Shown piece by piece: positions 18,773 through 26,927 of a DNA stretch of 64,000 nt. Position numbers and translations under genes: made by a program. Source of the stretch: Candidatus Latescibacterota bacterium (lineage in GTDB: Bacteria > Latescibacterota > UBA2968 > UBA8231); the NCBI GenBank assembly GCA_965197905.1, contig CBDAOB010000004.1:1088001-1152000 (forward strand), in the 5' to 3' direction. Position 1 is the first letter of the stretch. The number at the start of each line of letters is the position of its first letter. The notes below the pieces were generated by a model. It was given only the letters and a program-made list of their open reading frames with translations, had not been told where the DNA came from and ran no database searches.

Positions 18773-19798
18773 TTGAGCGAACTCTACCTTCTTGCCGCTA
18801 CAGCATTTGCCGTGACTCTGGGTTCGACCCCATTGGCGCGCCGCGTGGCGTGGAAACTGAACCTGCTCGATCGGCCGACGGACGGTACTCACAAGTCGCA
18901 CCTGGATGCGATTCCGTACGGGGGTGGGGTCGCCATCGCGTGCGGAGTGCTGGCTTCGGGTGTTGTGGTTCCCTTTGTTGATGCCGCTAGCTCCTTGGTT
19001 TCCGCCGGCCTGGTCATCATGATTCTGGGGTTGGTTGACGATTGGCGCGGCAGCCCGCCGCTTATCCGGTTACTGTTGCAGCTGCTCGTTGCCGCGGCGA
19101 TCAGCTTTCTGGTTCCGGCATGCAGATTCCCCTTCGCGGAGTCGAATCTGCCCGTTCAGGTGGCTTCCACGGCCCTGTTCATCACGGCCGTAACAAACGC
19201 GTTCAATTTCCTCGACAATATGGATGGCTTGGCGGCTGGATTGGGAGCGATCGTTCTTCTTTTTCTGGGCATATACGCCGTGGAGATCGGGCAGGATTCA
19301 GCCGCCTGCCTGTGTGTTGGGCTTGCGGCCGCATTGGCGGGATTCCTGGTCTTCAACTTTCCGCCCGCAAAAATCTTCATGGGTGATGCGGGTGGGTTAT
19401 TTATCGGGTTCATCGTCGGGGCAGTCTCGGTCGTGTTGGTTCGACAAACAAACCTTAGCCACACTATCGAGTTCGAGTTTTTTCACGTGGCTCCGCTGCT
19501 AACCCTGACGGTGCCGCTCTACGATTTTTTGTCGGTGATCGCAATTCGGCTGCATCACCGCAACTTCCCCTGGATAGGCGATCACAACCACGTCAGTCAT
19601 CGTTTGGTGCGCTGCGGCATGTCCCGCCGATCCGCTGTCATGACGATATACGGCTTCGCCGTGGTTACCTCACTCCCGATCCTGTTCATCGCAAGCGCTC
19701 CTCACCCCGCGCAGTGGATCCTGCTGATATTGGCGCCGGGGTTGGCGGTCTCGATCGCCGCGGTCGAAATCATCCGCTCGAAAGGAGAAACGCCGTGA
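18773..19798 (+). CDS. WecA/TagO-like polyprenyl-phosphate GlcNAc-1-phosphate transferase (MraY superfamily)
   Basis: PYGGG, GLVDD, NAFNFLDNMDGL, FNFPPAKIFMGDAG, HVSHRL. Confidence 0.9.
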   Translation: MSELYLLAATAFAVTLGSTPLARRVAWKLNLLDRPTDGTHKSHLDAIPYGGGVAIACGVLASGVVVPFVDAASSLVSAGLVIMILGLVDDWRGSPPLIRLLLQLLVAAAISFLVPACRFPFAESNLPVQVASTALFITAVTNAFNFLDNMDGLAAGLGAIVLLFLGIYAVEIGQDSAACLCVGLAAALAGFLVFNFPPAKIFMGDAGGLFIGFIVGAVSVVLVRQTNLSHTIEFEFFHVAPLLTLTVPLYDFLSVIAIRLHHRNFPWIGDHNHVSHRLVRCGMSRRSAVMTIYGFAVVTSLPILFIASAPHPAQWILLILAPGLAVSIAAVEIIRSKGETP

Positions 19799-20469
19799 AT
19801 AATCCCTCAATATTGGGTGGCGGTTACGTCGATTCCCGCTTCGACCCGGTGCCTACGATAAACGCAGTTCTAGGGGCCGCGGTTCCGGGAGCAGCGGGAG
19901 CGTTGCTGGTGATACTTGCGGGGCCACCGGCGGCGGGCAAGAGCGCCGTTGCCGAGAGGGTGCTTGAACTGGTGCCCAACAGCGTCGCAATCGAGAAAGA
20001 CGCCGCTGCTGCCGGCTTCATACTACAAGCCAGCCGGGCCGCGGGCCGGGCGGAAGAATCCGCCTACGGATCGGAGGAGTACTGGGCTCGGTTGCGCCCC
20101 CTGGAGTATGCCGGTGCCACCGCGCAGGCCTGCCAGAACCTCGTCGGCCGACGCGTCGTGCTACTCGTCGGGGGGTGGGGTCCGGAGCTGGCGGTAGAAG
20201 AGCTGTGGTCACAACTGGCGACCAACATCGCGCCGGCGTCGATGCTCGTGGTGCATCTGAACGCCCCCGACCTGGACACCTGGCGCCAGCGTTTGACTGC
20301 CCGCGGCTCACGATCCGACTCGCCCTGGTTCGAGAATTTCGCCCGCAAGACGACCGCGTCGCCCGTTTGGTCCGGGGCTCGAACGATCGATACCAACCGA
20401 TCATTATCCCAGGTTGTCGAGGCCGTGATCGAGTCGATTGGCGACCTTCAAGACCGCCCCCATCGTTAG
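19795..20469 (+). CDS. P-loop small-molecule kinase (AAA_33-like)
   Basis: GTG overlapping the upstream stop; Walker A GPPAAGKS; IEKD; lid-like RQRLTARG. Confidence 0.75.
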   Translation: MNNPSILGGGYVDSRFDPVPTINAVLGAAVPGAAGALLVILAGPPAAGKSAVAERVLELVPNSVAIEKDAAAAGFILQASRAAGRAEESAYGSEEYWARLRPLEYAGATAQACQNLVGRRVVLLVGGWGPELAVEELWSQLATNIAPASMLVVHLNAPDLDTWRQRLTARGSRSDSPWFENFARKTTASPVWSGARTIDTNRSLSQVVEAVIESIGDLQDRPHR

Positions 20470-20520
20470 ATCAATGGCCGATCAGCCGCACGCAGCCATC
20501 TCGGTGTGGGCCGAAAATTG

Positions 20521-20548
20521 TTGACAATTGATCAGTCATAAATAACTT
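20521..20548 (+). promoter_or_regulatory. Possible sigma70 promoter for the nucleoside transporter
   Basis: TTGACA, 16 nt, TAACTT in an AT-rich gap. Confidence 0.45.
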
Positions 20549-20600
20549 ATCGGGCTGCACTTTATAGCAAATCAGTAACCATTCAACAGAAGGCTTTCGG

Positions 20601-21860
20601 GTGTCGTTTTTCCACAGCCTGTTGGGATATTGCGCACTTTTGGGCCTCGCCTGGGTGCTGGGCAATCGCTCGCGCGCGGTTCCCTGGAGAACCCTGGGGG
20701 TTGCCACTCTTCTGCAGCTGACACTGACCGGAATCCTGCTCCAATCCGGGATTCGACAACCGATCTTTGCCGCGGTGGGGCGACTGGTGGCGCTGCTTAG
20801 AGAGACCGCTCTGAAAGCGAACGAGTCGCTGCTCTTCGGGGGTGTGACGAACCCGCAGTTCACCCAGAAGTACGGTCCCGTCGTGGCACTCGAGATTGCC
20901 GGCATCCTAATCTTCGTCGCCTCGCTGTCCAGGATCCTGTACCACTACAGGATCCTGCCATGGGTCATCTCTGCTCTCAGCCGCTTCATGCACCGAACCC
21001 TGGGTATTTCGTCAGCGGAAAGCGTCGCCGTGGCCGGCAACGTGATTCTCGGCATGACCGAAGCCCCGCTGTTGGTGCGACCCTTCGTCGAACGCCTGAC
21101 CGAAAGCGAGCTGTTCTGTTTGATGGTCGCCGGCATGGCAACCATTGCGGGCACGGTGATGGTGATCTACTCCACCATCCTCTCGTCCACCCACCCGGAA
21201 ATCGCCGGACACCTGTTTACCGCCTCCCTTATCAGCGCCCCCGCGGCGGTAGCGGTCGCGAAACTGATGAAACCGGAAAAGCAGCGACCGGAAACCGCCG
21301 AAACGACGGTCGATCTACCCCGCGAAGACACCCGCAACGGTTTGGAAGCCGCTGCCCGCGGCGCTTCAGAAGGCTTGCAGCTGGTGCTCAATATCGTGGC
21401 CATGCTCATCGCCTTTATAGGCCTCGTCGCATTGGCCAATCAAATGGTGGGGTGGCTGGATCATCTGATCAACGGCGCCAACGCCAGCGGTTGGAGTTTG
21501 CGAAGGGCCGCCGGTTACCTCTTTCGGCCCGCCGTCTGGTTGATGGGGGTTCCGTGGCACGAAACCTTTGTAGTGGGGCAGCTGATGGGGCTGAAAACCG
21601 TTCTGAATGAATTCGTCGCCTTTCTCGAGCTGGCTGCCGTTATGCAAGGAGTGCAGCCTCTCGAGGAACGGACCTTTATCATCACCTCCTACGCCCTGTG
21701 CGGTTTCGCCAATTTCGGGTCGGTGGCCATCATGATCGGCGGCATTGGCGGAATCGCTCCGGCTCGGCGGGCCGATCTGGCCCGGTTTGGCCTTCTCTCT
21801 CTGGTAGCGGGCACTCTGGCTACCATGCTCACCGGCTGTGTGATTGGATTTTTCCTCTGA
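20601..21860 (+). CDS. NupC/CNT-family concentrative nucleoside transporter
   Basis: GMTEAPL, GMATIAGTV, KTVLNEFVAF, YALCGFANFGS. Confidence 0.93.
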   Translation: MSFFHSLLGYCALLGLAWVLGNRSRAVPWRTLGVATLLQLTLTGILLQSGIRQPIFAAVGRLVALLRETALKANESLLFGGVTNPQFTQKYGPVVALEIAGILIFVASLSRILYHYRILPWVISALSRFMHRTLGISSAESVAVAGNVILGMTEAPLLVRPFVERLTESELFCLMVAGMATIAGTVMVIYSTILSSTHPEIAGHLFTASLISAPAAVAVAKLMKPEKQRPETAETTVDLPREDTRNGLEAAARGASEGLQLVLNIVAMLIAFIGLVALANQMVGWLDHLINGANASGWSLRRAAGYLFRPAVWLMGVPWHETFVVGQLMGLKTVLNEFVAFLELAAVMQGVQPLEERTFIITSYALCGFANFGSVAIMIGGIGGIAPARRADLARFGLLSLVAGTLATMLTGCVIGFFL

Positions 21861-21964
21861 ATACGAAAAAAATGGGCAAAAACCCAATTTCCGGGATCGT
21901 GCAAGAGGGGTCAATCGTCTATATTATCTAGAATACACCGACAATATCTATATGCGCTCAAAGG

Positions 21965-22231
21965 ATGATTCAGTCTACTATGTCAAAGGAACGTAAAACC
22001 TCCTACCGCTCACAATTTGACGGGCACCGTCGCCTGGCTGCCGCCGTAATACTACAAGCGGTAAAAGACTTCTGCGGTTCAGCCAGCGATCAGGAAAAAG
22101 AGGCCGCAGTCGAGTTTCTCGAAGGAGACATGTGGCCGTTTTCCGACGTGCTCGATCTTCCCACGGATGGCACCGCTCTTCGCGATTACATCCGGCAACT
22201 CCGCAAAGTCGCACCGGAACCCAGCGGATAA
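21965..22231 (+). CDS. Small hypothetical protein with LAAAVILQAVKD motif (phage-associated-like)
   Basis: AAAGG before ATG (alternative ATG 21980); candidate promoter GTGCAA-17-TATTAT at 21899-21927. Confidence 0.6.
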   Translation: MIQSTMSKERKTSYRSQFDGHRRLAAAVILQAVKDFCGSASDQEKEAAVEFLEGDMWPFSDVLDLPTDGTALRDYIRQLRKVAPEPSG

Positions 22232-22394
22232 CCGCCGTCGATCCGTCCAAACCGGGAAATCTCCGCCGCATTTTACCATAGCGGGACCTCTGATCGAGGA
22301 AAAAAAGGTCCCAAGCGCGAGCTTGAAACGGTTTCTCGGTGGAATTTGCGATCAACTGCGGGACCGATCAGCATTCAGCGGCACGCACCGGTCA

Positions 22395-22996
22395 TCATTC
22401 TTTGCCCTTTCCTCGTTCTCTGAGTAAGGGCTTGTTATCTTTTCCCGCTATTCGTGCCGCGATCCGAACGGCTATTGCGGTCGCCTCTTCTGACCCTGCA
22501 TCGTCACCCATATGGGAAAGCACATCTGCCAGGTCGCGATAGGATTGGTACTGATAGCTTTTGTCGTGGGTGTGGACAATGCTCCGACGAAAAGCGATAG
22601 CTGCTTCCTCGAGCTGGCCGTCACGTTGCAACCCGGTTCCGAGCAGGTGATAGATCGAACCGTCCTCCTGAATGTCGAGCACAGCGCGCGCATGTACGAC
22701 TGCCTCGACCCTCAACGTGGCCGCTGCAGAGGAATCGTGCGCGTTCGTTCGTCTGCGGGCTTCCCGAAGTGCGGCATAGATCCAGGTGTAGTGGACGAAG
22801 ACTTCAAATTCCTCCAGGACGGGCTCTTTCCTGTGGCAGACCGTGGCGAGATGCTTTTTCAGGAATCCCGCCCAATCGCTGCGCGCGAAACCACGCTTCT
22901 CCATGTACTCGAGCAGGCTTGTGCGCTTCAGCTGAAGCGATCTCTTCAGGGCTGCCATCCCCTTCTCAATGCGGCCTGACCGGAACTGCTCTGCCG
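22395..22996 (-). pseudogene. TPR-containing C-terminal part of the upstream transferase gene, separated by a 1-nt frameshift (or separate ORF from ATG 22958)
   Basis: TPR-like IYHLLGTGLQRDGQLEEAAIAFRRSI and SYRDLADVLSHMG; joins the upstream ORF if one base of the CCC at 22997-22999 is removed. Confidence 0.6.
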
Positions 22997-24642
22997 CCCA
23001 AGGCCAGTTGAATGGAAGGGTTCTGTGGCTGTTCGTAGGCGTCTGAGATACGCCGGTACAGAGGCGGAGGTCTGCGGTAGGTACCGTGGTCGACGAGGTG
23101 GTCATATTCTCCCGTGTTGAGGCGCCATATCTCGCGCAGGCGTTGCGTATCGAACAGGTCACCGCGCGTGACGGTGCGCAACTTCTCGAAATAGACAGCC
23201 AGGCTGTCGTCGACGATCTGATTTTTGCCATAAAGCACCGTTTCGTAATATCCTTCGGGAATCACGCGGCGTTGATGCCCGATGCCCCAGTCCGGGCCGT
23301 CTATGGGTGGCAACCGCGCCAGAAGAGGGTCGCCGAGCCCGATCGGATCGATGACGTGCATATTGGGACCGGCGAAGTACGCCGTAAAGCCGACATTAGC
23401 CCACACTGCTGCGCCGAACTGACCAGGGCCTGGGCGCACGGCGCGGGCACCCTCCGCCCACGCGTGATTCGGGAAGGTGACGCCATAGTCCGCACTCCAT
23501 GCTGGGAGAAGGCCCGCGCTCTGGAAATATGCCGCACGTTCGTCGGCGATTCCATTGGCGCTTGCGACCCCCTGCCGTCCATAGTCGGAGCCACTCAGCA
23601 ACGGGGGAAACGGCGATGATAGACCGATGCCAAGAACGGCGATAGCGGCGAGTAGCTTTTTCCAGAAAGTACCGAGACGGTCACGAGAGACGAGCAACGC
23701 CACCGATGCAAAAAGCGGTGCGCTAAGGAAACGGCCGCTCATGAAGTCGCCCCCAATCCACACTACATATGCCACGTAGAGCGCGACCCCGATTGACAGG
23801 GGAATCTGACGACCCTCTTTTCCCGCAATGGGTAGGTACAATGCCGCCGCGATTGTGAGCGGCGTGAGGGGATCGAGTGTGACCGAATGCAGCAGATATT
23901 TAAGTCCCTGCCCCACGAGCTCGACTCGCGGGAGACCGGTGTTGAGTTTAACGTAGGCCGTGTTGGGGAAAAGAAATCCGTAATAAAATAGGGAAAATAG
24001 TTCCCACAGGACGAACGGCAAAAATCCTATCGCCAACGGCCAAAGAATTTTCCGTCGGGTTAAACTCCCTGCGACACAAACCAACCCCGGCAGAAAGAGC
24101 AGAACGGTATCCATTCTGTTGACGGCGCCAAGCGACACGATGACCGCAAGAGGGAGTATCTGCTGCTCGTCGTGCGCACGCAGATAGCTGACCGAGAACA
24201 GCGCAATCATAAAATGAGAGAGGGGATTCTCAAGGCCCGAGGTAGAGTAGTCGACGAATGCTTTGGAGTGCACAAGCGCGAGAATACCGAGTAGCGCCAT
24301 CGTCGGCGTAATGGCAACGCGCCTAGCAACTAGGACTACTGCTACAATCGACAGTGCAATCGACAAGTACAACGGCGTGTAGAAGATCTCGCGGGTGACG
24401 AAGAAAAGTGCAGACACCAGAAACATCCACAGCGGGTTGGTATAGGCTTGCACACGTTCTACAGGGTTCCAGGTGAGCCCTAGGCCATGGATGAAGTTGT
24501 CTACCGTCCGGAAGGTGATGAAAGCATCATCCATCAACCAAGCTGAACGGACAATCACAACTGCATAGAGGGCGATGATGAACCACACCGCAGCTCGAGT
24601 ATGCCCCTCTCTCCAGCGAAACGACTCCTCACCGATCTTCAT
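22966..24642 (-). CDS. Polytopic GT-C-type glycosyltransferase, AftB-like
   Basis: WLMDDAFITFRTVDNF..G.G..WNP.ERVQAYTNPLW, SGLENPL, PNTAYVK, GGDFMSGRF; many TM segments. Start uncertain (ATG 24642 or GTG 24687). Confidence 0.75.
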   Translation of the reverse strand: MKIGEESFRWREGHTRAAVWFIIALYAVVIVRSAWLMDDAFITFRTVDNFIHGLGLTWNPVERVQAYTNPLWMFLVSALFFVTREIFYTPLYLSIALSIVAVVLVARRVAITPTMALLGILALVHSKAFVDYSTSGLENPLSHFMIALFSVSYLRAHDEQQILPLAVIVSLGAVNRMDTVLLFLPGLVCVAGSLTRRKILWPLAIGFLPFVLWELFSLFYYGFLFPNTAYVKLNTGLPRVELVGQGLKYLLHSVTLDPLTPLTIAAALYLPIAGKEGRQIPLSIGVALYVAYVVWIGGDFMSGRFLSAPLFASVALLVSRDRLGTFWKKLLAAIAVLGIGLSSPFPPLLSGSDYGRQGVASANGIADERAAYFQSAGLLPAWSADYGVTFPNHAWAEGARAVRPGPGQFGAAVWANVGFTAYFAGPNMHVIDPIGLGDPLLARLPPIDGPDWGIGHQRRVIPEGYYETVLYGKNQIVDDSLAVYFEKLRTVTRGDLFDTQRLREIWRLNTGEYDHLVDHGTYRRPPPLYRRISDAYEQPQNPSIQLALGGRAVPVRPH

Positions 24643-25116
24643 GCTCACACTCCACATCGGTCGCAGAATGGGGTCTGTATCCAGCACTGCCGATCACCGT
24701 GACCGACATCACCCTCCGACATGTGTTGCGCGATTGCGAAGCACAGAGTTGGCGGTGACGCACGGCAGTCAGGGAAGACGTCTCTCTCTTCAGATGTCAT
24801 GCCAAGCTACTTTCTGGCAGACAACTGCAGGAAAACTGTCAGCAAAATCGAGCTAGTTGGACGACGATAGAGATCAGCTCGTTGAACGGTGGTTTATCCG
24901 TGAGATACCCGTTCGGATGTTCGCCCATCCAGTACCGCCAGGAAGCCCGCCGGGCACCTTGAAAATGCAACCGATTGCAAATTCATCCTGGCGGCACAGG
25001 TTTTGGGTCTTTGGCGATCGCACGATCAGGCCTCGTTTTCAACCCCTCTGCGGCTCAGCCCGAACCGGAGCGAACAAGAGTCCCCGAGAGAGAGAGTCTG
25101 GTCACAGAGTAGATTC

Positions 25117-26121
25117 CTAAGGCGAGACGATGAGTTCAATTAAGTCGTTCGCTTCCAGGAAGTCATACAGAAAGTGGCCGACGACGTGTGAGCCGCTGCT
25201 GGTGAGGTGGATTCCGTCGGCGACGAAGTAGTTGCTCTTCACCTCTTCCTGCGGTAAACGAGAGAAAATTTCGAAGAGATCTAGGACCAAAACGTCATTA
25301 TCGCGGGCCACCTTCCTGACTATCTCCACGTACTGGTGATGTAGCGGAACGAGTTCTTCGAGAGAATTCAGCCAACGCGATGCCAGGTACTCCGGTTCAG
25401 CACCTCGGACATGTGAGGTTGGAGCTGTAAACAATACCGGGACGATGCCGTTGTCGCGCGCAATGCCCACCATGGCAGTCAAGTTGGCACGGAAGTCATC
25501 CGGCGACACGCGTTCTGGACGCCGCAGCTCGTTAGGCGCTCCATACATGTCAATTGCGAAAGAATTCAGCAGTTGCGTCAGCCGCAGATCGCTTAGTGTG
25601 ACAGACCACGGATTGTCAGTGTTGAACCGAGCGACGTTTTTGTCCTCGACTCCAAAACTCGCCCAATGGTCGTTCCAGCCGTAATAAATGGTGACCAAGC
25701 TCGGCTTAATCCTAACGATGTCCGTCTGCATTTGCCTCAAGCCCTGGAACGTGCTCCATCCCCCGACACCCACGTTCACGAAACTGAATCGATCATTCGG
25801 GTGTTTTTCGACGATTATCTTCTTGAATGCTTGATCGTAGGCACCCCAGGCGGTACAAGAATCGCCCATGTAGACAACGGACGGTCGTGTTCCGTACAGG
25901 TTGACCATGCTGTCGTCGTACTCCTTCGGCACCCACAGCATTTCCCGGTCGACTTCGAACTCGTTTTTCATTCGGACAGGGTCGGGCCAACCAAACTCCA
26001 CGCGCACAGGATAAAGCTGGTATTCGAAACCCAACCCCCGCAAGCCTACCTCGCAAAGGACGAGTGCGAACAAAATGCTCGCGAACAACAGAAGAAGATT
26101 GCAAAAGCTGTTCCTACTCAT
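25117..26121 (-). CDS. SGNH/GDSL hydrolase with N-terminal membrane anchor
   Basis: Blocks MGDS, GVGGWST.QG, YGWND, DGIHL. Confidence 0.9.
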   Translation of the reverse strand: MSRNSFCNLLLLFASILFALVLCEVGLRGLGFEYQLYPVRVEFGWPDPVRMKNEFEVDREMLWVPKEYDDSMVNLYGTRPSVVYMGDSCTAWGAYDQAFKKIIVEKHPNDRFSFVNVGVGGWSTFQGLRQMQTDIVRIKPSLVTIYYGWNDHWASFGVEDKNVARFNTDNPWSVTLSDLRLTQLLNSFAIDMYGAPNELRRPERVSPDDFRANLTAMVGIARDNGIVPVLFTAPTSHVRGAEPEYLASRWLNSLEELVPLHHQYVEIVRKVARDNDVLVLDLFEIFSRLPQEEVKSNYFVADGIHLTSSGSHVVGHFLYDFLEANDLIELIVSP

Positions 26122-26159
26122 CGCGCAATGAGGAATTTTCTCTGCTCCTTCTCCGGCAA

Positions 26160-26300
26160 ATGACGCCTGGTGCTTTGACTATTGCCAGGGGCTATCCGAT
26201 ACCGCACAGGTCGGCGCCAACAGAAAAGCCGAAAGGCGTTTGCGCAGATCAAAGTGAAGATGGCCGCTGGTGACTTTGTTCCTCCTGGTGAGAGAAAACG
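26160..26300 (+). pseudogene. Possible decayed N-terminus of a tyrosine integrase
   Basis: Across frameshifts reads WCFDY..G / IRYR / QVGANRKAE / KAFAQIKVKMAAGDFVPP, resembling integrase arm-binding domains; lies near a tRNA 3' end. Confidence 0.35.
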
Positions 26301-26599
26301 GCGCGTACCACTAGCCCAAAGCCGAGGAAGCTATAAGAAGGGCGAAGAAGTGATCCGTGAAGCCGGGAACGGTGAACCGGGGTCTCTTGCCTCAAGGTGC
26401 TCTTCCGAAAGGCTCAAGCAACCGTGGCGGGTTCGGAGTCTCCCTTAACATTTTCACGGCGCCAGGAACTAATTCCACCTTCAATGGCAGGATATCGATT
26501 GGAGGGGCCGTGAGTGCACGTGGTGTCCCGTCAGGAACACCCCACCAAGAACGGAACTGATCCGCGTGAAAGGCCGCGATTCAATGTCTCCAGTACACA

Positions 26600-26674
26600 T
26601 ACAGGCACCAAAACTACAGGCACCTAACAGAAACAGCAGCTACCAAGGCTTTTTGCCCTGACGTAACTGCCTGT
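26600..26674. repeat. Direct repeat TACAGGCACC x2 plus a partial inverted copy
   Basis: Copies at 26600-26609 and 26615-26624; inverted TGCCTGT at 26668-26674. Confidence 0.75.
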
Positions 26675-26692
26675 GTATATGTAGGATGTAGA

Positions 26693-26768
26693 TGGTGCGC
26701 CCACTAGGACTCGAACCTAGGACCCGCTGATTAAGAGTCAGCCGCTCTACCAACTGAGCTATAGGCGC
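26693..26768 (-). tRNA. tRNA-Lys(CTT)
   Basis: GCGCCTATAGCTCAGTTGGTAGAGCGGCTGACTCTTAATCAGCGGGTCCTAGGTTCGAGTCCTAGTGGGCGCACCA: full cloverleaf, anticodon CTT, encoded CCA. Confidence 0.98.
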
Positions 26769-26785
26769 CCTTCCGAAGTGACGAG

Positions 26786-26814
26786 AAAGTAGCGGGGGGT
26801 ATTGCGATTGTCAA
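26786..26814 (-). promoter_or_regulatory. sigma70-type promoter of tRNA-Lys
   Basis: Minus strand TTGACA, 17 nt, TACTTT; same hexamers as the rpmI promoter. Confidence 0.75.
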
Positions 26815-26860
26815 GGAATGCAGCCGCACTCGAAATGGTTGGTAATACCCTGTCGTTAGC

Positions 26861-26889
26861 TTGACTTTTGGGGAAGCGTAACGTAGAAT
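26861..26889 (+). promoter_or_regulatory. sigma70-type promoter for TPR-efp-gcvH, divergent from the tRNA
   Basis: TTGACT, 17 nt, TAGAAT. Confidence 0.7.
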
Positions 26890-26927
26890 AACCGGCGGCA
26901 GCGGTTGCTTTCAAACTCCTCAAGAAT

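Noticed and set aside
24935..24994. SAM-I riboswitch (GCAA...AAGGTGC on the minus strand)
   Set aside because: No AUC.AGAG start, kink-turn or pseudoknot elements; kept only as an unknown structure.
26182..26560. 88-aa and 67-aa ORFs near the tRNA as intact genes
   Set aside because: No clear RBS or coherent domain; more consistent with decayed sequence.
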